From NCBI GenBank assembly GCA_964513625.1, contig CAZENH010000017.1, forward strand, positions 5,947-69,946: 64,000 bases of DNA, read 5' to 3'. This document shows, in pieces, positions 56,938 to 64,000 of the stretch (position 1 is its first letter; each line of letters begins with the position of its first letter). Below the pieces are notes generated by a model. That model worked only from the letters and a program-made list of their open reading frames with translations. It was not told the origin of the DNA and did not search any database. Source of the DNA: an uncultured Myxococcales bacterium (lineage in GTDB: Bacteria; Myxococcota; B64-G9). The position numbers and the translations under genes are program-made.

Positions 56938-58878
56938 TCACAGCATTTGCGACGGCTCGTCCCGCAGGCCGAGGCGCGTGAGCGTTTCGGGCCGGGGGAG
57001 GCCCTTGTCGTCGAGACCCTTGTGGGAGTAGAACTCGTCGATCATTTGCTTGAATTTGTCACGATCGATCTTGGCGCCGATCACTTCGGGCGCACCCCGC
57101 CTGCAAGGTTCGTCGAAATAGCGATGATTGAGCATGTCGCCCTTTTCGAGATCGGTGCGGATGAGTCCCTCGCGCAGGTTGAACAGCCGCTCGATCATGT
57201 TGCAGCGCTCGGCGACCTCCCAGATCTCGGTCGGGCTCATCTCCAGGCCGGTGTTGTAGTAGATCACTTTTGGCCAGTCTTCGAAGTTCGGCAGGGTCGG
57301 CCCGAGAAAAACCGTGTGGTATTTGCAGATGCCCAGGCAATCGACGGCCATGTAGCAATTCTCTTGCCAGAAGACCTGCCAGGCCTTGCCGACGTAGGAG
57401 GTGTGCTCCGAACTGAGCGGCCCGTCGTAGGCAACCGGGCTGGAGTAGATCTTGCGCAGCACCTTCTCGGGCAGGTGATAGAGGTCGATGGCCGGCCGGC
57501 TGCGCAGGTGATCCGAGCCGCGCGAGGCGGTGGCGATGTTCAGGGCCAGAGCCGGGGTGGCCCGTTCGTCCGAGTGCAGGTTGCTCATGCCCTTGACCTG
57601 GATCAGATAGTCGAAGGACTTCTTGCCGATCTTTTTCGCGGCCGGGATCCCCCCGTCGGCCAAGGTGTCGCCCAGCCAGCCCTTGCGGTTGCATATGCGG
57701 TGCACCATCTCTAAGAGCGCCTCGTCGTTGCCGAAGCGCAGATCGAGCCCGTCCGTCTGCTCGCTGGTCAAAATGCCCAGTTCGTATAGCTCCATGGCCC
57801 AGGAGATGATGCTGCCGATCTCCAGGTTGTCCACTCCGTACTGATCGACCAGGTGGTTGCCGGTCAGCACCGTTACTGCGCTCTTGCAATCGGGCTCGCC
57901 GCCGAAGGCCCCCTGGGAAGTGTACTCGGGCCCCTCGTCATATTTTCCGGCGTAGGGACCTGAGGGGATCTTGTACTGCGCCCGGCAGTGGACCTGACAG
58001 CCGAAGCAGCCGGTCATGTGGTAAGGACCGATGGTTTCCGTGGCGATCTCGTCGATCCGCTCGGGCTCGATATCATCGGCGTACTCGCACTGGTTGTACT
58101 GGAAATTACGGGTCCTGATGCCGCCCCAGGAGTTGGTCGCCCCCCAGATGAAGGGAGTGCCCAGAGTGCCCTGGGTCTGGTTGACCTTGGATGAGGTAAT
58201 CTGGTCGATGAAACGCTTGTTATACTCGAGCGCCTCCATCGGATGGGCAATGGCGATGTCGCCGGTGCCGCGGACGGCCACCGCCTTGAGATTCTTCGAG
58301 CCCATCACGCAGCCCATGCCGCTGCGGCCGCCGGAATTCTTGATGCCGGTCATGACGTTGGCGAAGCGCACCAGGTTTTCCCCGGCCTGGCCGATCACCA
58401 GGCTCTTTATCTCGTCGTCGCTAAGTTCCCGCCGAATTGCCCACTGCGCTTCGGTGGTGCTCATGCCCCAGATGGCGGCCGCGTCGCGGATCTCGATTTC
58501 TCCGTCGTGGATGAAGATGTAGACCGGCTTCTCGGCGCGGCCCGTAATGACCAGGTGGTGGAATCCGGCCCAGGCCAACTCCGGAGCGAAAAAGCCGCCC
58601 ATGTTGGCGCTTCCAAGCAGTCCCGTAAGCGGAGACTTGGCCATGATGTGCGTCCGGGCCGTGGCCGAGGCGCAGGTTGCGGTCAGCAGGCCGCCGCTTA
58701 TCAACAAAGCGTTGTCGGGGCCGAGTGGGTCGATGCCTTTTTTGGTGTGATTGTAGAGCAGGTAGGCGTCCAGTCCGCGGCCGCCGAGGAACTTCTTGCG
58801 GATCTCGATCGGAATGGGTTTCACTTTTGTCTTGCCGCTCGAAAGGTCGATGTAGGCTATCTTTCTCTTCAAGGCCAT
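56938..58878 (-). CDS. Aldehyde:ferredoxin oxidoreductase family (tungstopterin) enzyme
   Basis: FLGGRG, KSPLTG, GGFFAPEL, GRSGMG.VMGSKNLKA, CFGCQVHC, EGPEY, RGSDH, DCLGICKY. Confidence 0.93.
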   Translation of the reverse strand: MALKRKIAYIDLSSGKTKVKPIPIEIRKKFLGGRGLDAYLLYNHTKKGIDPLGPDNALLISGGLLTATCASATARTHIMAKSPLTGLLGSANMGGFFAPELAWAGFHHLVITGRAEKPVYIFIHDGEIEIRDAAAIWGMSTTEAQWAIRRELSDDEIKSLVIGQAGENLVRFANVMTGIKNSGGRSGMGCVMGSKNLKAVAVRGTGDIAIAHPMEALEYNKRFIDQITSSKVNQTQGTLGTPFIWGATNSWGGIRTRNFQYNQCEYADDIEPERIDEIATETIGPYHMTGCFGCQVHCRAQYKIPSGPYAGKYDEGPEYTSQGAFGGEPDCKSAVTVLTGNHLVDQYGVDNLEIGSIISWAMELYELGILTSEQTDGLDLRFGNDEALLEMVHRICNRKGWLGDTLADGGIPAAKKIGKKSFDYLIQVKGMSNLHSDERATPALALNIATASRGSDHLRSRPAIDLYHLPEKVLRKIYSSPVAYDGPLSSEHTSYVGKAWQVFWQENCYMAVDCLGICKYHTVFLGPTLPNFEDWPKVIYYNTGLEMSPTEIWEVAERCNMIERLFNLREGLIRTDLEKGDMLNHRYFDEPCRRGAPEVIGAKIDRDKFKQMIDEFYSHKGLDDKGLPRPETLTRLGLRDEPSQML

Positions 58879-58879
58879 C

Positions 58880-59149
58880 TCACAAATCCTCCTTACCTTT
58901 CGTAAGCTTGCTCAATGCCTCGGCCGCCAGCTTGCGGTTCGTCTCCCAGACCGGGCCGCGGATCCTCGGGAAGTCGGGCCGGATCCAGTAAACGCGGTAC
59001 TCCATGCCGCACTCCGGGCACTTGACCTGCTTCTCACCGGCTCCGGGTTGCAGCCTGCCCATGCAACTCGGGTTGTGGCACCTGAACTTCCCGTAGGTCC
59101 GCGTCTTGCGCAGGCCTTCGGCCGTCGATTGCTTGTCGTCTATGGCCAT
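58880..59149 (-). CDS. Small zinc-ribbon-like protein coupled to the AOR gene
   Basis: CHNPSC...CPEC; GGGAG RBS; stop lies 1 nt before the AOR ATG. Confidence 0.75.
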   Translation of the reverse strand: MAIDDKQSTAEGLRKTRTYGKFRCHNPSCMGRLQPGAGEKQVKCPECGMEYRVYWIRPDFPRIRGPVWETNRKLAAEALSKLTKGKEDL

Positions 59150-59333
59150 GGTTTTCTCCCTGGCAGTTTCACTCGTAATAGTGACTACTATGGCGAACAA
59201 TAGTCAGCGTCCATACATAGCACATGCCTTGTCCCTGTCAATAATAAATGTATATGACACGGACTGTTCTTGGCTATTGGGCCCTTTTCTGGTTGACAGG
59301 CGCCAGGTGCCAGGTTAATAGTTAGATGCCTTT

Positions 59334-59351
59334 TGTTCACTATAACGAACA
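59334..59351. promoter_or_regulatory. Candidate IclR operator palindrome
   Basis: TGTTC-actataac-GAACA overlapping a TATAAC -10; related half-site (ttgttcgccatag on the - strand) at 59188-59200. Confidence 0.55.
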
Positions 59352-59352
59352 G

Positions 59353-60117
59353 GTGACCTATTTGTACCGGGCTCCGATCATCAGCAAGGCTTTTCGAATA
59401 CTCGATCTGGTATCGCACAGCGAGCGCGGGTTGAGTATCAGCGATCTGGCCCGCAGCCTGCAGATTGGCAAGAGCACGGTCCACGGGATTACGGCAGCCT
59501 TGCTGGATGCCGGGGCCTTGACCCGCGACGGGCGGACCAAGCGTTACCGGCTTGGGACAACGCTTTTCGAACTCGGCCGGGCCGTGTCGCCGGTGGTGGA
59601 TCTTTCAGAGGCGGCACGTCCGGTCATGCAGCGCTTGATGGAGGAATCGCGCGAATCCGTGTTTCTTGGAGTGCGGGCGGGCGATCACGTCTCGATCATC
59701 TCGGTCACCGAGCCCGCCCACGAATTGAAGATTTCCGCGCCGCCGGGGACCAGAATTCCGCTTCTGGCCGGGGCGACCGGAAAGGCGCTTCTGGCGGTCA
59801 TGCCCGAGACCGAGGTGCAGGCCTTGCTTGGGCGGTTGGGCCTTTCCCGCTATACCGGACACTCAATCGTCGATCCGGTTCGTTATGCAGACGAGTTGAA
59901 TCAAGTGCGAAGGCGTGGCTATGCCCTGGACGACGAAGAGTATCTGGCGGGCGTGCGCGCGGTGGCCGCGGCCATCGATCTGGGAGGCGGCCGGCTGGCC
60001 GCCGCCTGGGTGGTCGGGTTCACGACCAGCATCGGCGACGAAAAGATGACGCGCATGGCCGAAGCGACCGTGAGAGCCGCCGGGAAGATCGGCAGCCTTG
60101 TGAATTTCAATCAATGA
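59353..60117 (+). CDS. IclR family transcriptional regulator
   Basis: KAFRILDL..LSISDLARSL.IGKSTVH HTH; ATGKALLA; RGYALDDEEY..GVRAVAA. GTG 59353 preferred; ATG 59326 is the alternative. Confidence 0.93.
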   Translation: MTYLYRAPIISKAFRILDLVSHSERGLSISDLARSLQIGKSTVHGITAALLDAGALTRDGRTKRYRLGTTLFELGRAVSPVVDLSEAARPVMQRLMEESRESVFLGVRAGDHVSIISVTEPAHELKISAPPGTRIPLLAGATGKALLAVMPETEVQALLGRLGLSRYTGHSIVDPVRYADELNQVRRRGYALDDEEYLAGVRAVAAAIDLGGGRLAAAWVVGFTTSIGDEKMTRMAEATVRAAGKIGSLVNFNQ

Positions 60118-60124
60118 GGTATTC

Positions 60125-60535
60125 ATGAAAACGTCGTTTTTCCAAGTCAACGACAAGTGCACAGGCTGCCTGGCCTGCGTGCAGAACTGTCCGGCTCGAG
60201 CACTCGACTACAGAGACGAAGGTGATAACCGCACCTTGCTGCACAACATGGCCCGCTGTGCCCGCTGCGCGACTTGTCTTCGAGTTTGCCCCGAACAGGC
60301 GGTGGAGTTCGAGCACATCCTGGAAAACCGCTGGGACGAGGTGGTCAGCCTGAAAATGGTGCGCTGTGAGGTTTGCGGCAATCCGCTGCATAGCTTCCGG
60401 CTCGATGCGAATCTAGCCTCCGAGTTTGCCGAGATAACGACGCGCCTTTGTCCGCGCCACCGGGCGGCACACCAGGGCAGGGCCGGCCGGCCCGGCGGGC
60501 AGACGAGAGAAGAAGAAAGGAAGCCGACCCGATGA
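60125..60535 (+). CDS. 2x[4Fe-4S] ferredoxin-like protein with extra C-terminal Cys motif
   Basis: CTGCLACVQNCP, CARCATCLRVCP, CEVCG...LCP. Confidence 0.88.
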   Translation: MKTSFFQVNDKCTGCLACVQNCPARALDYRDEGDNRTLLHNMARCARCATCLRVCPEQAVEFEHILENRWDEVVSLKMVRCEVCGNPLHSFRLDANLASEFAEITTRLCPRHRAAHQGRAGRPGGQTREEERKPTR

Positions 60536-61215
60536 TCGTCGCCGATCTGAAACCGCTTTCTGAGATTGCCGCCTCGATCGAAGGTTTCTCGAAAGTGTTG
60601 CTATTAGCCTGCGGGGGCTGTGTGACCGTCTGCCGGACGGGCGGCGAGGCCGAGGCGCACGATCTTGCCCGCGATCTTTCGCACCCGGAGCATTTCAGCG
60701 GCAAGCCGCCGGATCTGGTGGTGGCAGTAATCGAGCGCCAGTGCGAGCGCGATCTGGTCGAGAGCTACCTGAAGATCGAGCCGGATTGCGATGCCGTCCT
60801 CTCGCTCGGTTGCGGGGTGGGAGTGCAGACGCTGGCCGACGTTCAAGAAGATCTGCCGATCATCCCCGGCTTGAGCACGACCTTCATGGGCGCGGCCGAC
60901 GAGGCGGGCGTCTGGCGCGAGAAGTGCCAGGGCTGCGGGGACTGTTTGTTGACCGGCACGGCCGGGATCTGCCCGCTGGCCCGTTGCTCAAAGAGTCTGT
61001 TGAACGGGCCCTGCGGGGGTTCGCGCGACGGGCACTGCGAGATCGATCCGGAGGTGCCCTGCGCCTGGCTGCTGATCTACGAGCGCCTAAAACGCCAGGG
61101 CCGGCTGGAGCACATGCAGCGTATCACCGGGCCGCGCGACTGGCGCCCGGCCGGCCACTCGGGGCCCCGCGAGCGGCAGCGCCGCGGCATAGCCCCCGGC
61201 CGCAGAATTCGCTGA
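60532..61215 (+). CDS. Methylenetetrahydrofolate reductase C-terminal domain protein (MetV-like)
   Basis: ACGGCVTVC..GG, RQCE, LGCGVGVQ, CQGCGDC.L..TAGICP..RCSKSLLNGPCGG, CAW..IYERL; ATGA-coupled. Confidence 0.88.
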   Translation: MIVADLKPLSEIAASIEGFSKVLLLACGGCVTVCRTGGEAEAHDLARDLSHPEHFSGKPPDLVVAVIERQCERDLVESYLKIEPDCDAVLSLGCGVGVQTLADVQEDLPIIPGLSTTFMGAADEAGVWREKCQGCGDCLLTGTAGICPLARCSKSLLNGPCGGSRDGHCEIDPEVPCAWLLIYERLKRQGRLEHMQRITGPRDWRPAGHSGPRERQRRGIAPGRRIR

Positions 61216-61318
61216 AAGCCCGGCTGATCGCAACCTGTGTAAGCCGCTGTTGTCTTGCTGGTCATCCGGCCGGAGTTGGTGTACCCTCTGCGCATGTCAC
61301 AGACTGGAGCAGTTTGAC

Positions 61319-63403
61319 ATGCGCGGATACCGCAGGCGTCGGTCTCTCGATCTGATCCTTCTCGTGCTTGGCGCAATGTTGTGGGCCGATAACCCGGCCC
61401 TTGCTCAGGAAGAGGGCGAAGAAGATCTCGAGATGCAGATGTACTTCGCCCCGGCCGAGACCATTACTTCCGCGGCCAGGCATATCCAGCCGCTCGAACT
61501 GAGCCCGTCCGCTGTGAGCGTTCTGACCCGCGAGGATATCGTGGCCTCCGGAGCAAGAACGCTGCCCGAAGCCCTGCGCCTGATTCCGAACATGGACATC
61601 AACATGGTCAAGCCGCTGTGGTACACGATTGGCATCCGCGGCCTGACCTATATCACTTCCGATACGATGCTGCTGCTGGTCGACGGGCGGGACGTGACCT
61701 TCGAGTTCTTCGGGTTTCCGATGTGGACCGTGCAGCATTTTTCAATGGACGACGTCGAACGCATCGAGGTCATCCGCGGTCCGGGCTCGGCCCTGTACGG
61801 CTCGAACGCCTACGCCGGCGTGGTCAACGTCATCACCCGCAAGCCCGGAGACACGCCCCGGGCAATGGCTTCGTTGCGCGGAGGAGAACACGGGCAATTC
61901 GAACTCGAGGGCCGCGGCAGCGCCGTGTTCGGACCGCTGGCACTGGCCATCTCGGGCGGCCTCGAACGCGAGGACATGTGGACATCCCGGGACGTCTCCG
62001 GGCGCGAAGTTTCCAGGGGCAGGCTGGTCGGGTCGATAGATCTGGGAGGCGAAAATTCGCTGAGAATCGATACGGGTATCTACGACGGCAAGGGCCGTTT
62101 CTACACCAATCTCGGGGACACGACTGTCAGGGACGGCAAGAGTATATACGCTTTGGCGTGCCTCGATCTCGGCGATCTCAGCATCCAAACCTACTATGAT
62201 CTGTGGATGTTCGATCTCGATTTCGGTTTCAAGTTGATCTATCCGCCGCTGAACAATCTGAAACTTGCCGAGGTGCCGAGCACGGTAGCCCGGATAGACA
62301 AGTTCGTGACCAGCGCGCAACATTCGCTCGAGTTTGTGGCCAACCGGCTGACCTACGGTGTCGAGTACGTTTTCAACCGCTACCACTCCGAAGTACTGGT
62401 CGACCCGCTAATGATAGAGCACCGCTTCGGCGTCTACGCCCAGGACGAACTCGATCTGAAAACTTTAATGAAGCGCCTGGGCAACGACGACTTCATGCCC
62501 CTCTCGCTGACCGCCGGCCTTCGTTTCGACTACAACTCGATCACCGAGTACGAGTTCAGCCCGCGCGCCGCGCTGGTGTTATCGCCCGGCGCCAATCACA
62601 CTATTCGGCTCGGCTATGCCCACGCTTTCCAGAAGCCGACCTTGTTCGAGTCGTCGCTGAGTGTGCGCCTTGAAAATCCCATTGACCCGGGACTTACCAG
62701 CCTGAGCATGGCCAACCCGAATTTACGAAACGAGACCATCGACAGCCTCGAGTTGGGATATCGGGCGAGCTTCGCAGACGGCCGCTTCGTGCTGCGTGTA
62801 GATCTGGCCTACAACTGGTACCGGGATTCTATCTGGTTCACGCTCGACCCGAACGCCATGGAATACATCCAGGTCGGCGGCCTGCGTATTCCGCGACTGA
62901 ACGGGCCGGGCTTCAATTTCCAGAACACCGCAGGCAGCGACGGCTACGATGTCGAGATAGAAACGATCTACTTGCCAACCAAGAAATCGCGCCTGTTTTT
63001 TCAGGCCGGCTATCGCCAGCTGTTCGAGAACGGCTCCGGGAAGTTCGGCGAGGGAGAGCCGGTCTGGAGAATGGCCGCCGGCGCCGACCTGAGCGGTGAG
63101 GCCGGGTGGACAATCTCGCTGCGCGCTTTTTACTGTAGCGCTTTCGATATCAGCTTTTCGAGTCCCGCCGGCAGCCTGGCGGGCCGCGTTTTCGAGCGCG
63201 TGCCGGCCTGGTGGCGACTGAACGCCAGGGTTGCCTGGGCTTTCATGCATCAGCCGTTCAAGGTTTCCACCGGCATCGAGGCCTTCGACCTGCTCGGGTT
63301 CAAGTTCCGTGAATTCGGAGGTCTTACGCAAGACAACAATTTCGACTTCGCCGGCGAACGCAGCGGCAGGCGCATCTTGCTCTTTATCCAGGGCGAGATC
63401 TGA
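61319..63403 (+). CDS. TonB-dependent receptor
   Basis: Signal peptide; plug SAVSVLTREDI...LPEALR; ERIEVIRGPGSALYGSNAYAGVVNVIT; barrel motifs GLRFDY, SPRAAL. Confidence 0.92.
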   Translation: MRGYRRRRSLDLILLVLGAMLWADNPALAQEEGEEDLEMQMYFAPAETITSAARHIQPLELSPSAVSVLTREDIVASGARTLPEALRLIPNMDINMVKPLWYTIGIRGLTYITSDTMLLLVDGRDVTFEFFGFPMWTVQHFSMDDVERIEVIRGPGSALYGSNAYAGVVNVITRKPGDTPRAMASLRGGEHGQFELEGRGSAVFGPLALAISGGLEREDMWTSRDVSGREVSRGRLVGSIDLGGENSLRIDTGIYDGKGRFYTNLGDTTVRDGKSIYALACLDLGDLSIQTYYDLWMFDLDFGFKLIYPPLNNLKLAEVPSTVARIDKFVTSAQHSLEFVANRLTYGVEYVFNRYHSEVLVDPLMIEHRFGVYAQDELDLKTLMKRLGNDDFMPLSLTAGLRFDYNSITEYEFSPRAALVLSPGANHTIRLGYAHAFQKPTLFESSLSVRLENPIDPGLTSLSMANPNLRNETIDSLELGYRASFADGRFVLRVDLAYNWYRDSIWFTLDPNAMEYIQVGGLRIPRLNGPGFNFQNTAGSDGYDVEIETIYLPTKKSRLFFQAGYRQLFENGSGKFGEGEPVWRMAAGADLSGEAGWTISLRAFYCSAFDISFSSPAGSLAGRVFERVPAWWRLNARVAWAFMHQPFKVSTGIEAFDLLGFKFREFGGLTQDNNFDFAGERSGRRILLFIQGEI

Positions 63404-64000
63404 AGACAGGCAACGCGCATCAAGCAAAGTGCCACAGGAACACAGCTCACCCAGATCACGTGCTCCAATTCGATACTGCTCCCGTTCAGCCAGGGTATTC
63501 CCAGGGCCACCAGGAGATACCAGAACAAAGGCACCCACATATGAGCTTTAGCTCCGAGCTTCAACTGTCGCCCCCTTGCCGGGAAACACTCGCTGCAACA
63601 GCGTGTACAAGACCATCAGCGATGTAAAGTAGACGACGATTCCCGTCAAGCGATGAACCTGGGAGGGATCGAGTCCAAACGGAGCTTGATAGCCCTTGGT
63701 GTAAAGAGACAAGATTATTCGCAGCGTATTGATCAAGATGGCCAGTCCGTATGCTCCCGCCAAGGCCAGAAAAACAGCCAGGCAGCGTCTGCGGTGAGAT
63801 GAGAGCCGCGGCAGGGCAAACCAGGCAGACATGGCAAAGGCCATGATCAAGAAGTTGATCCCGGCGCAGGACGGCGCGATCAGGAAGCGCTGCTCCTGGC
63901 TGAAGTAGCCGGCATGGGTCTCCCAGATGAAGTGGTCACCGCTGAGCGCTTCCACCAGGCGCGTGGTGGGAGCTAAAATCCACTTCAACTGGCCGGCCTC
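63250..64000 (-). pseudogene. xrtK: Exosortase K-like gene, 5'-truncated by the window edge and split by a frameshift at a G5 run
   Basis: WILAPTT.LVE, FLIAPSCAGINF, NTLR, VHRLTG. The frame stops at 63548; the exosortase-like tail VPLFWYLLVALGIPWLNG...EH continues in another frame; C5 run at 63571-63575. Confidence 0.65.

Noticed and set aside
56938-58878. BamB (class II benzoyl-CoA reductase) call
   Set aside because: It has an AOR-like EGPEY motif, and no BamD-I (Hdr/Mvh/Nuo-like) genes are in the window; left as AOR family.
1-64000. CRISPR arrays, rRNA, tmRNA, selenocysteine or pyrrolysine read-through
   Set aside because: No regularly spaced repeats or rRNA/tmRNA signatures were seen; the redox genes (trxB, ferredoxins, MetV, AOR) have complete Cys motifs with no internal in-frame stops.

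Overview
GC-rich bacterial chromosomal segment. It most likely comes from a Myxococcota/deltaproteobacterial organism, inferred from a MYXO-CTERM-tagged protein, a zinc-ribbon/GYF/TPR protein, a PEGA Ser/Thr kinase, an FHA protein and large lipoproteins. About 52 CDS and one tRNA-Gln(TTG) are supported. Housekeeping genes are serS, grpE, dnaJ, trxB and an RpoH-type sigma factor. The rest comprises an SPFH/zinc-ribbon envelope-stress-like module, an SLC12-like transporter, a TLC-HEAT-cNMP protein, three histidine kinases (one with a degenerate ATP-binding domain), an AbiE type IV toxin-antitoxin pair, a FadL/beta-barrel/lipase locus, a VWA-HK-RR operon, a DUF4398/OmpA-like pair, a tungsten-type aldehyde:ferredoxin oxidoreductase cluster with IclR and an orphan MetV, a TonB-dependent receptor and a frameshifted exosortase K at the right edge. 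No rRNA, CRISPR array, transposase or integrase was seen. The most unusual non-coding signals are a 164-bp MITE-like element sitting in the loop of a hairpin after trxB, an IHF/sigma54 promoter followed by a candidate ~100-nt structured RNA, and several apparently leaderless genes. Product calls come from motif recognition by eye; no database search was run.
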